A DNA stretch of 64,000 bases from Diplonema japonicum (GCA_964019335.1 OZ025690.1:248001-312000), one strand, 5' to 3'; shown: positions 10,666 to 23,186, numbered from the stretch's first letter. The notes: generated by a model not told the origin, from the letters alone. Numbers and translations: made by a program.

Positions 10666-12021
10666 CTAATGAAATGAGCGTTCCGCCTGGGCCCCGTTAA
10701 AAGTCACAGTCCCCGACACGGGGCGGTAATGCCCAGCAGGGATCCGTGTCACGGGGACAGTGTTTTGAGTGGACGCAAGGGCGGAGAAATCCCTCGCACT
10801 TCTCAAAGGGGTCCCTTGGACACCGACAACGTGGTCGCCCACCTTCCACCCTGCCTCGCTGGCAGGGCCTCCCGGGGTTATGGTAACAACCGTAGCACCA
10901 CCGTAGCTATCATTACGGTCCTTAAGCTCAACACCTGCAGAGACAACATTGACACTCCCTGAGGGTCTAGTGGGGCTGACACCACGGTAGTCTTGGCTTA
11001 TACTCTCTCTTGCCACCGGCCGCGGCTGCACAGCGTGTATCTGCCGCAACAGTTCATCGAAAACAGGCAGCGTCATCAAAAGGTTCAGTTTCTCTTCCCT
11101 AGATGCGCTCGCTCCGTATGCCGCAGCTCGCTTATCAAGTTCCATGAGCGAGTACAAGTGGTCCAGCTTGTCGAAGTACTGCGTGATGACCAACGCTGCT
11201 TTGCTCTGCTCGTCACGGGTTTCTTCTAGATCCTCCAGACGATCTTTCAACAAAGTGAAGGCCTCCTTCAACATGGGTTCGTCAACAGACGGTTGTTGCT
11301 GCATTACTATCGGAACGGGTTGTTGCGGTGGTGGGGCGGGGGTTTGATGAACAACAGGAGGGGGTGTGTTTTGAAGCGCTTTGACCTTGTCCTCCAAGTC
11401 TGCAAACCGTCCTGCAGACTGCGATTCAATCCTGCTGATCGACGTAGCCACCTCACGCATTTGAGACACCACCTGTGCTCGCAGGGTGTCGCCGTTGTCG
11501 CTGAGCCTTGTCATGTCCTGTTTTGTCTTTGCTGCGAGGGTTGCCAGCTCTTCATGGAGGTCCTGTGCGTCGTTTTGAACTTTCGAGAATTTTCTGGAAA
11601 CGTTTGCTTGGATTTCGTCGAGGTCTGCGTTGGTGGAGCGTTGGTTGGCTTCAAGCTCGCGGGTCTTCTCGTGTTGTCTATCGAGCGTTTCTGAGATGTT
11701 AGCAAGCTTCTGTTCGATTTGAGGATTGGTGGTGTTGCCTGTGTTGTGGTGCGATGCAGCGTTCTGTTCCAAGTCTCGGATCCTTTCCTGCTGTCGTTCT
11801 ATGACGCTGCGTAGTGACCCGAGCTCTCGGCGGACTTCGGTAACCTCGTCGGCTTGCTTCACGGCTTGCTCCTTGCTGAACCTGAACAGGGCCATGACCG
11901 CGTCATATAGTGGGGAGCTGCTCACAGTGACCGCACCCCCTGGCCCGCATGACTGCAGGTTGTTCGCAGCGTTCAGAAGCTCGACGTGCCCTGAGTTGCT
12001 GTACCCTCCGTCGGACGACAT
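10666..12021 (-). CDS. Coiled-coil protein with C-terminal PDZ domain
   Basis: GATVVTITPGGPASEAGWKVGDHVVGVQG is a PDZ motif; heptad-rich N-terminal half. Confidence 0.8.
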   Translation of the reverse strand: MSSDGGYSNSGHVELLNAANNLQSCGPGGAVTVSSSPLYDAVMALFRFSKEQAVKQADEVTEVRRELGSLRSVIERQQERIRDLEQNAASHHNTGNTTNPQIEQKLANISETLDRQHEKTRELEANQRSTNADLDEIQANVSRKFSKVQNDAQDLHEELATLAAKTKQDMTRLSDNGDTLRAQVVSQMREVATSISRIESQSAGRFADLEDKVKALQNTPPPVVHQTPAPPPQQPVPIVMQQQPSVDEPMLKEAFTLLKDRLEDLEETRDEQSKAALVITQYFDKLDHLYSLMELDKRAAAYGASASREEKLNLLMTLPVFDELLRQIHAVQPRPVARESISQDYRGVSPTRPSGSVNVVSAGVELKDRNDSYGGATVVTITPGGPASEAGWKVGDHVVGVQGTPLRSARDFSALASTQNTVPVTRIPAGHYRPVSGTVTFNGAQAERSFH

Positions 12022-12350
12022 TTCTTTTTTTTTTTAAACCTTTTTTTCCCCCCTCCTCCCTCTCTCACTCTCCCTCTGTGGACAAGGAGATTCTTTTTTT
12101 TTTTTTTTTTTTTTTTTTGCAAAAAACCAATACAATACTAATAAAAAGGGTAACCACATTAAAGAGACAAGAGTGTTCACACGGTTTTTTTTTTTTTTTT
12201 TTTTTTTGGCACACTTGGATACTCCCACCTCCTTTTTTTTTTTCTCCAAACCGTCGGATGGTGAGAGAAAAAAAAAAATTGAGTAGAGAAGAAGGGGGGT
12301 GGGGGGGGAGAGGGGGGAGTAACGGAATACAGGCTTTACACCCCCCTTCT

Positions 12351-13177
12351 TCACAGCTCGGGGATGTTCTCCTCACGGGGCTCGACGGTCAGCCCCGTGG
12401 CCTTCACGGCGATGGGGTCGATGAGGCAGGCGGAGTCCATGTCGAGCTTGATGGTCCCGTTCTCACCCCACACAGTACCCCACGAGTTCTTGGCAAGCCA
12501 GTACTCCCTGCCTTGGTGCTCGCCGAAACCAATAATAGTAACGGCTGCCACTGCGTCACCCCCACATGTTGAAAACACAACATTCTGCTGATAAGTCTTC
12601 CAGTCCTGCACGTTCGACACAGACGCAGCAAAAGCACCGTTCTTGACGATCCACTTCTTGAGGAAAGCAGGGTTGTTCTCGAGGGAGAGGATCTCCGTGA
12701 CTTCTGCGCCGTACCTCATGGTTGAGGGGTCGAAGGCACAGGCTGAGCCCTTGGCGAACTCGTAGTCTTCTTCAAGTGGAACCTTGCCGCCTGCTTCAAC
12801 GACAGCCTTGAGAAGCGCACCGGGTGAGCAGTTTTCAGTTGTCGATACAGAACAGTCCTTGGCAGCACATGAGACAATCCACTCTTCTGAGAGAGGACGG
12901 AGGATAGGGCCCTTTGCAGCATACGCGCCTTCTATAGCTCCGGTGGCGGCAAAGGCACCACTGAGAGCGGTTCCAAGCTGGTGTTTAATGTGGGAAACGG
13001 TCATGTCCCGCCTTCTGTCTACATTGCCTGTAGGGTCCTTGCCCTGGTAGTCCTCGATGGAGGCCTTAGGGAAAGATGGTGTTGGAGCGAAGACGTTGCC
13101 GTGCGTGAAGGTCTTGAAGTCCTCGTCTGTCATGTCAGTGTACATGGTGAACCCAAATGTTGTTCCTTCGTTCTGAG

Positions 13178-13209
<32 letters not shown>

Positions 13210-13439
13210 CTTGTTACCTTGTCCATCTGTTTAGAGGCTTCCAGCAGGCCTTCTTTGAAGACAAGCATCTTTTTGTGGTCTTCGCTGCCTTCTACACCCG
13301 CGCCCTCGTACTCCTTTCTGTAACCTCCTTTGTAATCCTGCCACATTTTGACCACGAATTTTTCGATGTACTCCGGCGTGAGGTAGTCACACGTAGCCCC
13401 GCTAATCAGCAGGAGAAAAATCGTTATTTTAGGGTTCAT
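12351..13439 (-). CDS. Papain-family (C1A) cysteine protease homologue, predicted catalytically inactive, 2 exons
   Basis: Signal peptide MNPKITIFLLL; I29-like prodomain (FGFTMYTDMTDEDF); LSEEWIVSC; YWLAKNSWGTVWGENG; in-frame intron 13173-13217. Confidence 0.9.
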
Positions 13440-14396
13440 TTTCTTTTTTTTTTTTTTTTTTTTTTTCCTTTTCAAGTTTTGGATTTTAAAAGCGAATGGG
13501 AAAAAAGAAAAAAGAAAAAAAAAGGTTTTTTTTTTTTGAAGGAAGAAACCCAATATTTAAAAAAAAAAAAAAAAGAAAGAAGAGAAATGAATACGAAAGG
13601 AGACGGGAAAAAAAAGAGGGTAAACAAAAAAAAAAAAGAATTAGACAACAATATAAGGGCATAATGAGGGGATCGTTTACCTGCAACATGACAAAATCGA
13701 GAAGATAAAAAAAAAGGAAGAACAATCTCTGAATTTTTGCGGAAACGGGTTAAGCACGCAAAAAGAACGAGAGATTGTGCTGAGCGGTCCAGGTAAGTCT
13801 CCCTCCCTCCCCTATTCTGTTTTTTTTCTTCTTCTTCTTCTTTTTTTCTTTTCCCCCCTTTCCCTCTCCCCATGTTTCTTCTTTTCCTTTCTTTCTTTCT
13901 TTTTTTCAAACCGGAGAATAAAGAAAGATATTTTTAAAATAAAAATAAAAAGGTCGTAGCGAGACCCTATAGAGCGTGGATGATCTGCTCTAACTTCTTT
14001 TTTTTTTCTTAATAATTTTCTCGTCTCTTTTTTTTTTCTTAAAGTTTTTTCCCCCTTCCTATCCTTCTTCTTTTTTTTTTCCCTTCTTTTTGCAAAATGC
14101 TTTTGCGCGTGAAGAGAAGAAGGGAACATGGACGGGGGGAAAGTTCTTGCTATGACAGAAAACGAAACGGTTTGCAACGGCCAATAGACATGAAGAAAAG
14201 AAAGAGAGAGAAAAAAAGAAGGAATATAATAAAGAGGGAAACTGGCTATTGTTTGTTACATGCCAAAGCAGAAACCTGGAGAGGTTTACAAAACCCCTAT
14301 TAAGCACAATGCCAAAACATACCCCCACCCTTTATCACAAAGAAGAAAAAAAAAGAGAATAAAAAAAATCGAGGAAAGTGGGTAAAAAGAAGGAAT

Positions 14397-14430
<34 letters not shown>

Positions 14431-14444
14431 TGAAAGGTGTAATC

Positions 14445-15511
14445 TTAGTTCGTCTTGCCAGTCCCATCATCGATAAGGTTAAGAATTTGCTTCACGGAAA
14501 GCAGGTCCTTGTCGGCTTCTAGAGAACGCCCGTGGGTCAGAATCTTTTTTTTTTTTTTTTTTTTTTCCACTTTAAATAAAAATATTTTTACCTTCTCTGC
14601 AACACCCATCATAGCGGGGTAGGCAGCACGCAGCATCTGGTTGGCGTGAATAACGATCGAGGCACCCCTCTCATGGAGCTCCTGCTCAGTCTGCGAATTG
14701 TACTGTGAGAAGAAAAAAAAAAAATTTTTTTTTAAAAAATTTCTTTTAAAGGTACCGTTGTAGGTACGACGACGACCATCTTCCTGTTGGGCAGCTTGTT
14801 GTAGTCCTCAAGGAACCTGTAGATCTCATGCGGCTCCTTCTCCTTAGAGTGGATCATTACACCGTCTGCACCGGCGTCGAGGAAAGCACGTGCCCTCAGC
14901 ATGGCCTCGTCGTGCCCGTACCCAGCGATAAGTGCCTCGAGCCTTGCAAAGATCATGAACTCGTCAGTTACCTGCGCGGCCTTGCCACGCGCGATTTTCT
15001 CGGAAAATTCATCAATATCAGCAAGCTGCTGCTTCCTCTCTGTTCCAAAGAGGGAGTTCTGCTTGAGGCCGGTCTTGTCCTCGATAATACAAGCGGAAAC
15101 ACCCATCCTTTCAAGGTTCTTCACGGTGAAATGGAAGATCTCCGACGCAGGGCCACCGGTGTCGCCATCGTAAATCATGGGCAGTGAGGTAACGTCCATC
15201 ACCTCATCACAGATACGAAGCCTTGCTGTGGTGTCCACCACCTCTATGTCGGGCTTTCCCATTACAGAGGATGACGTAAGAGAGGATGACCAGGTGGCGT
15301 CGAATTTTTCGCCGTTGGCGCCGACAGCGTGCTCTGCAATGAGGCCTGTGAGGCCGCTGTGGGCTTCGATGGCCCTGACAAAACCCTTCTCTGCGATTTT
15401 CTTCTTCAAGCTCGCTCTTCTCTGGTCGACCGTGACGCCCGGTACCTTGTATGAGCTCCATCTCGTTTGCTGCACTGCTGCAGCCACAGTTGCCTTTCGG
15501 ATCACGTTCAT
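14445..15511 (-). CDS. pepM: Phosphoenolpyruvate phosphomutase (phosphonate biosynthesis), 3 exons
   Basis: EAHSGLTGLIAE, DGDTGG, IEDKTGLKQNSLFG, ARLEALI, GADGVMIHS, VVVPTT|YN; introns 14703-14755 and 14544-14591. Confidence 0.92.
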
Positions 15512-16283
15512 TGTTTTTTTTTTTTTAAAATACACCCGTCTTTTTTTTTTTTTTTAAATTGAGGGGAATGGGGAAAAGATATGTTTAAAAAAAAAAAAAA
15601 CAGTTTTGTTTGCTTCTTTTCTTTTTCTTTTGGTGTTCCCCCCCCCCCCCCCATTCTTTTCTTTTCTTTTTGTGCGATTTTTTTTTGTTTTGAAAATATT
15701 TACGAAGAAAGAAATTTCTTCCCTATTTTTTTTTTTGAAAAAAAAAAAAAAAAAAAAAAAGCGGAAAGGAAATAACGGAAAAGAGTGGGGGGGGTTTTTT
15801 TTTTTCGTTTACACCACCGGTTATCCCTCGCTGTCCTCGTTCTGAAGGAACTGGCGGCCTACGGCGGTGGGGAAAAAAAAAAAAAATCTTTGCTAAAAAA
15901 AACAGAATCACCAGTACGTTGAAGAGGAAACCCGCAGTACGTGACACAATTGCCTGGAGGCGGCGATCATAGGGAAGGGAGGGGAAGGAGTGGAGAAAAA
16001 AAAGGGGGGGGGTGAAGTAACTAAAAAGAAGAAGACCTTTTTGTAATAGTGACGAATAGGCTTTTTTAATATGCCAATTGGCTGTAGCTGGCCAAAACCC
16101 TGTTATTTCGGACTACTACTGCTGTACCAGAAAGGTCCTATAAGGGGGCTTCAACAATTTTGTGAAAAATGAAAAAATGGTCGTAGCAATATTTTTTTTC
16201 TTTTTCTTTTTCTCCCGGTGTCAGGAAAATATATATGCGTTTTTTTTTTTTTTTTTTTTTTTTTTATGCGCACACCGGGGGTC

Positions 16284-16373
16284 TTCGCTACTTCTGACCA
16301 CCTGGTAGCAGGCCAGGCCTATGATGCTTGCGATGTAATTGATAAGCAAAAAAAAAAAAAAAAAAAAGAAGAA
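16284..16373. repeat. Left copy of ~90-bp direct repeat (putative TSD)
   Basis: 64 nt ttcgctacttctgacc...gataagc identical to 17872-17935, followed by A-run and GAAGAA. Confidence 0.9.
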
Positions 16374-17871
16374 TGACTTTGGTTGCTTCATAAACCGCCT
16401 GGCGTACGAGCAACTTCTTTTCCGCGCTAGCGGATGTTGCTACCCTTCTGTGCTGAAGGATGCATGGCTGCGGGAAGGGTGGACAGCGTTCTGGTAGGTT
16501 GTTGTGCTCTGTAGTCGGGCACGAAGGGGTCGGACCACTCTTTTCTCTGTGCAGTCGGTACTGCGCATTGTCTTTCCAGAATTTCGCACGTTCTGCTGGA
16601 TGCGAATTTCGGCCTTCCGGTGTACCCCTTCAGTCGCTTGGGTGCACCTATCGATCGTAATGCCACGGATTCAGTTATTTCCTTGGGCATGAACGGCTTT
16701 GGTGCGTGTGCCTCGGCTGCGCCCATCAGTCTTTCAATTATTTTTGCCAATCGGTTGGCCCTCTTGATGATGTCGTCTTGCCTGCCCAAAACGTACACCC
16801 CACTCGTCAGCTCGAAATCTATCACTAGCTCTAGTCTAGTCACCGACCCCTGCTTATTCCATTCTAATTTCGAAAGCCACTTAACTACTTCCGGCACAAT
16901 CTGTGCTCCTATGAAGTTCATCTTCAAGTGCTTTCGGAACCACCTCATTTCAGGTACTGTGTACTTGCTCCATAGCGCAGGGCGTCTCCATACATGTACC
17001 CTTTTCTCATTCTTTTCTGCTATCATCTTGGTTGCGTCCGCAAGAGTTATCATGTTGACTAGCAGTTTCTGCACAATTTCCGGCTGTGGTACTTTGCAGT
17101 TTTTCGGTATGATTCCATGAAGTCTTAGACATTGAGGCATATCTTTCTTCGGAAAATTCATTACCGTGGTGTACATCGCTTCTTTCCGTACAGATTCATA
17201 CTCTTTGCACTTCCAGTAGATATGCTCCAGGTATGCTGTGTAGGTTCCAGCCACCTCCCCGCATCCCCTGCACAGTACTCTTGGATCTTCTACCTTGGGG
17301 TGGACCATCCCAAGAGCTCCTGTCAGCATTCTCCTTGCGTTGTTCTGTATTTGCCACGCTTTTGTTGTTTTCCATATCATGTTTGTCCTCTGTTCGTCCA
17401 CACCCTCTTTTATCCCCTCGAGGGTTTGTCGTTCTCGGCACATCTGTCCTCTACGGTATCTCTTGATACGAAGGCGATGCTCATGTACCATCATTCCCTT
17501 TGGTTGCTTGGCAACTGCTCTTAGCCATGTCCATCCTAGCCTGAGTGGTTGAAGTACATTGCGCTTTAGGTTGCTCACCGGCCCTACGCCTCTTTTACTG
17601 TGCACCTTCTTCAGCAGCTTTTTAATTCTTCTGCATCTTTTCCTCACCGGGGCTTTCTTCATCAACTTGGTGTACGCACCTAACATCCTGTACATAGCTG
17701 CTAGTAGGGTCGGTGATGAACGAGTCGCGTACTTGGGTCCCCAAAGTGCATCTGTCACTGCTATCCTGAGGTCTTCAAGGCGTTGCCGTGGCTCGTACAA
17801 AACACCATATAGGGCCGCCGGGATTTTGTTTTGTGCCACTATCAACGATTTTTTCACGAACGGCAGTTGTG
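16374..17871 (-). mobile_element. 5'-truncated non-LTR retrotransposon (C-terminal ORF part plus 3' UTR)
   Basis: ORF 16427-17857 has a post-RT region, CxxC...H...C zinc knuckle (CRGC...EHIYWKC) and ELVIDFE motif shared with the 34904 and 23576 ORFs; flanked by long direct repeats. Confidence 0.8.
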
Positions 17872-17965
17872 TTCGCTACTTCTGACCACCTGGTAGCAGG
17901 CCAGGCCTATGATGCTTGCGATGTAATTGATAAGCAAAAAAAAAAAAAAAAAAAAAAAAGAAGAA
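17872..17965. repeat. Right copy of ~90-bp direct repeat (putative TSD)
   Basis: Identical to 16284-16373 apart from A-run length. Confidence 0.9.
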
Positions 17966-18952
17966 GAAGAAGAAAATCAAGTGTCAATTAAGAATTTGAT
18001 AAAAGATAAATCCACAAACAACCACAACAAGGTAAGAAGGTACTTTTTTTTTTCTTTTTTCTCTTTCCCCATCCTTCTTGTCCGCCTGCTCTTGGTGTGC
18101 TTTGCCCCCTCCCTCCTTCTCTCAGACATGCTTGGAGCAGCCTGATCGAAGGCTACAGTCCGGCTGCAACCGTTCTGTTGCTATCCTGGGGGGTAGCAAA
18201 ATGATCTTCTACAAAGAAAGTTTAAAATTGAAAAATAAGAGGGGCAAGTTATTTCTTTATTTTGTGCTAACCTGATACAGAAAAGAATTTTTTTTTTTTT
18301 ATTTTACTCTTCAGAAATTACTTCACGCACTGGGGGGCCCATTACTTCACGCTAAATCTCATTACTTCACGGTGAAATAATGGCCTGTTTTCCGTGAAGT
18401 AATAGGGGGTTTCCAATTTTTGCCTCGGTTCGGTTCCCAGTGGGGCTACTTTTCCCTCCCAGTTTGCTATTTCCCCCCAGGTTCAGCTCAATTGGCCAAC
18501 TTTTGCCTCGGCTCAGTTCCAAGTTGGACTACTTTTTCCTCCCAATTTGCCCACTTTTGGCTAGGCCTTGTTCCCAGTTTCTGGGTAACTCTTCTGTGGG
18601 TAAGGGTAACTTAGTCAGCTTACCCAAGCACCCCAAAAGACTTCAAAATACCGAAGCAGCAGAAAAAAAGGAGCCAGCAGCCGCGCTAGGTATGAGAAGG
18701 CCTGATTAGAGATGGTGACAGTGGCAATGCCAGCGACAGCGGCAGCTCTTAGTCAACAAAAGGAGGGAAAACAACTTGTATTGTAACCTTTGTAACCCCT
18801 CTCTTGTTGTACCCCTTGTCACCCTGTTGTGCCCCTCGTGGTGAAGTAATTTCAGAGTGTCGTGAAATAAAACCACTTACCTACCGCCAAGTAATGCTTT
18901 ACCGACCTCTCGGTAACGGTAAGTCATTACTTGTTGGCAGTAAATAGCTATT

Positions 18953-19465
18953 ATTTCACTCTTCGTCATTTTCTTCACTCACTAGGGGCCTCATTACTTA
19001 ACGCGAAATGGCCATTATTTAACGCGAAACCGCCATTATCTAACGATTTTGCAGTTAAATAATGGCCCTTCGCCGTGGAAAAAAATGCACCCAACCCCTT
19101 GAAAAATCTTTTTGGGGTGGGGGTATTTTGACTATTTTTGGCCATCTGAGGCCATTCCAGCCCTTAAAAGTGGGAATAAGTGCCCTACTTCCCCTTTAAA
19201 TGCCACGGCGAAATAGCTACCCTGTATTACCTTAGGAAAATCCCCGAAAAGCTGACCTGCGTGAAAAAAAAACAGCAGTGAAAGCAGTGAAGAGTGAGTG
19301 ACTCAAATGACGAAGAGTGAAATAAAACGACTTACTTGCCGCCAAATGAGCCATTATTTAACACTCGTTACCGTTTTTTTGCACGAGGGCCCTGCGGGCC
19401 CTCGTGCAAAAAATTCGGGAACTCGAGTTAAATATGACTCATTATTTGTTGGCAATAAATAGCTA
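18953..19465. mobile_element. MITE-like repeat, copy 1 (inverted repeats atttcactcttcgtcattt / aaatgacgaagagtgaaat plus shared right flank)
   Basis: Near-identical to 20536-21102; internal ccattatttaacgcgaaa tandem units. Confidence 0.75.
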
Positions 19466-19555
19466 TTTTTTTTTTTTTGCGTAAAACACTGTCGAATATA
19501 GGTTTTTCTTTTGACTAGTTCTCGTTCATCACAAAAAAAAAGGGGGGGGGGCTTT

Positions 19556-19648
19556 GATTGCAACACTAGGTGGCGTTAAGCGTGCAACAAAAAAAAAAAA
19601 AAAAAAAAAGAGACATTTAAGGGTACCTGCGGTATGTGGCAGGACGCC
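19556..19648 (-). mobile_element. Chained orphan retroelement-like 3' tails (tail 3, poly-T, tail 2)
   Basis: 19610-19648 equals 23759-23797; 19556-19588 equals the 3' ends of the elements at 40512 and 41451. Confidence 0.7.
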
Positions 19649-19730
19649 AAAAAAAAATAGAAGACAGAGATGGCTGCTCGACGTGAGAAGAAAAAGAAAC
19701 TGTAACAAAGAAAAAGAAAAAAAATGGGGG

Positions 19731-19761
<31 letters not shown>

Positions 19762-20535
19762 TTTTTTTCTTACAGCTACATGTGCTCACGGGAAAGTTCT
19801 CAAGGGAAAAAAAAGAAGAAAGAAATAGGGCGAAGAATAGGGAGAAAAAAAAAGAAGAAAAAAAAAAGAACATAGAAAGGATATGGTAAAAACTTCGGGA
19901 GAAGAACGACTGACGGTGCTCGGATGGGGATGTGGCAGGGAAAATGGGAGTTTAAAAAAAAAAAAAAAAAGAGGGTGAGGAGAGTGGATAAACAGTGGAA
20001 GCAGTTCCCCTGTTTCCAAAAGGGGGGTGAAAAAAACATTGTCCCCACAGTTAAATGGGATCCAAAAAAAAAAAAAGAAATCCAAGCATTCGGTTCATAC
20101 CTTCCCCCCTCCTTACCCTGACCGTTTTTCATTATAAGAAAAGAAGAATAAAAACTAGACATTTTAAAGTGTTTCTCACATCGCAAAGCTGCTTCAGCGG
20201 GTTTACGCAGGTCCTCGTTTATGCTCCTCACGTCCGGGCACAGTGCAAAGGCGCACGAGGTCATAGCCGTCCCTCGCTTCATGGCCACCAGAGCTGGTTG
20301 CCCCCACCTTGCCATGCCTCTGTACGAAAAAAAAAAAAAAAAAAAAAAGGAGAGAGAGAGAGAAGAAAAGAAAAGAAAAGCATCCTGAACATAAAGAGAT
20401 TTAAAAGAAACGAAAAGAAGAAAAAAAAAAATGGTATAACTAAGGGTCATCACGAGTGAGACCTATTTTATTTATTCCCACCCCTCCTTTCTTTCAACGT
20501 CTGTAAAACAAAAAAAAAACTTTTTTTTTTTTTTT

Positions 20536-21100
20536 ATTTCACTCTTCGTCATTTTCTTCACTCACTAGGGGCCTCATTATTTAACGCGAAATGGCCATTA
20601 TTTAACGCGAAACGGCCATTATTTAACGCGAAATCGCCATTATTTAACTAGTTAAATAATGAGATTTTGCAGTTAAATAATGGCCCTTCAGAGTGGAAAA
20701 ATGAGTCTCGCCGTGGAAAAAAATGCACCCAACCCCTTGAAAAACTTTTTTGGGGTGGGGGTATTTTGACTATTTTTGGCCATCTGAGGCCATTCCAGCC
20801 CTTAAAAGTGGGAATAAGTGCCTTACTTCCCCTTTAAATGCCACGGCGAAATAGCAACCCCATATTACCTTAGGAAAATCCCCAAAAAGGCTGACCTGCG
20901 TGAAAAAAAACAGCAGTGAAAGCAGTGAAGAGTGAGTGACTCAAATGACGAAGAGTGAAATAAAACGACTTACTTGCCGCCAAATGAGCCATTATTTAAC
21001 TCTCGTTACCCGTTTTTTTGCACTCGGGCCCTGCGGGCCCTCGTGCAAAAAATTCGGGAACTCGAGTTAAATAATGACTCATAATTTGTTGGCAATAAAT

Positions 21101-21102
<2 letters not shown>
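20536..21102. mobile_element. MITE-like repeat, copy 2
   Basis: Near-identical to 18953-19465 with one extra internal tandem unit. Confidence 0.75.
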
Positions 21103-21137
<35 letters not shown>

Positions 21138-21142
<5 letters not shown>

Positions 21143-23066
21143 GCCTGAAGCTTGTATAGGTAGTTGAGCTCTCTGTCCCACCGTCTGTGGCAGGTCGGTG
21201 CGAAGGAGAAACAGGCGGCAGCATCGCAACATCGTCAGAAACTGAAATAATCACAGGAAGCGTCGCACAGGTGTGCAAAGGAGACGACAGCGGCCCCATA
21301 ACTTCTTGCGGCTTCAAGCTCTCCTCCAGGTACTGCAGTTCCTGAAGGATATACCGCCTGTTTGTAGACAGTATATAGACCTCAGTGAGGAGATCAAGAA
21401 AAAGCTTAAAGAGTATAAAAGACACCGATACCAGTAGCAACGTGTCGGCAGCTTGAAACTGCCACGCCGACCGCCCAGCGTCGGCACAGAACCCAGACGC
21501 CATGAACAGAACAGAAATACCCTGCGAAAGATTAATCAACGGGCCCAGGATGTTGTCCCTCGGCCTGTGGTAGGGCTGCATCACCACACTCACCATGAAG
21601 AAGCCCAGGAGAACCACAGCAGCGGAGATTTTAAAACCGCAACACATTGCAACGTTCGTTAGGTGTACGCTCGACGTGGTGGCGAGGAGGAACATGGAGC
21701 CGAACTCAAGGAAGGACCACCACACACACCCTTCTGTGTACCCACGCACTACACAGCTGTACCTTTGCACCCAGTGGCATTCGCGATTTGTCGAAACCCA
21801 TTCCCCGCTTCCAGCGAAGAACAGGACCACCCTGTTGTGCGTCTCGTTGTCGCGTCGGTACAACGCCTTCTCCGGCACAGCGGTGATGATCTTCTTCACG
21901 AATATTATCGGAAGCACCCCACACAGACCAACACCAACGAGACCGAAGACCTCATGGTACCATGTGCGGCCGGACATTAACATGCGAAAGGCAGCCAGGA
22001 TGGTCCCTTGGTAGAGAATGATGAAGACGAACATGATGTTGGACGGGAGGCGGAGCAGGCCCTGGCTGTCCATGACGCCGCGCAGCGAAGTATGGGGCAG
22101 CACGACCTCCGCGACGTGGAGTGCGACCCTTGCTATGATGGCGGCTGCAACGCACAGCCCAATGTTGCCAACAAGCGCGCCCAACCACATGCTGCCTTCA
22201 ATGCGCAGCCTGGTGGGGTGCAGCGTCCAAGGAAGCACCTCGTCTGACATGGAATGGTCGTGTTTGTTCCTGCAAGATCCAGACCCTGCTAGGAGTGAAG
22301 CTCGACCAGCTGCACCACCAGCCGCCGCTGATATACCCGACACTGCAGCACCACCACCACCATCAACGATTTGCCCGTTCGGGACAATCTGCGGTGGTGC
22401 GTGTGTCTGCGGGATAGAAGTAATCGGGGCACTTGTGTCGGGGAACGGTGTGGTGGGCAACGGCGATGGGGTGGCAGGTGAGCTTGTCGAGGTTTTGCAC
22501 ACGCACTGGTACCCTCCCTTGATCCCGCATTGCTCCTTGTTGCCAGTGGTGGAGTATTGGTATTGGTTTTGAGCCTCGTTGAGCAAGCACCCGTACAACC
22601 CTGGGACGTCAATGATACCGGCATAGAAGAGCCCCGCGGCAATCCCAGCACCCTGGCAGCCGAGCGGTTCTAAGTAATCGAAACATGTGCTTCCCCCGAC
22701 AGTCACGTCGACCTTAGGCTTTGGGTCCACTGTCCCTGTTGCACATAGACAGTAAGCATCGGCTGTGCATTGGGATGCGCTGGTGCTGCTAGTTACGTAC
22801 ATGACCTCTGTGTTCCCGATAGTTGTGCAGATGCCTCTCTTGTCACAGTCATACATTTGGATGCAGCCTTCTTGCAGTACATCTGAGGTGCCGACGTGCA
22901 ACAGTTTTCCTTGCTCCCCTGCGTACTTCTGGCACAGCAGCTTCGGAAGCCTGCTGCTGCCGCACGTGCCCATCTCCTGTTTAAAGGTTTCCTGTCCTAG
23001 ACAGGTTCCCACGGTGACCCATGTTGCTATTATTCTTATTAGTGTAAATAAATAGTCATCGGCCAT
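21138..23066 (-). CDS. Receptor-like multi-pass membrane protein with Cys-rich ectodomain and Pro/Thr linker
   Basis: 642-aa ORF; signal-like N-terminus, GGAAGR...LPWTLHPT region, ~7-8 hydrophobic helices. Confidence 0.85.
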
Positions 23067-23152
23067 CCTTTTTTTTTCTTAAATCTTTTTTATTAAACAC
23101 GCGTGACAAGCGGAAAAAGAAGAAAAAAAATATATGAGAAAGAAAGAGAGAG

Positions 23153-23186
<34 letters not shown>

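Noticed and set aside
18985-19060. Short regularly spaced repeats suggestive of CRISPR
   Set aside because: No unique spacers and no cas genes; eukaryotic transposon-like context.
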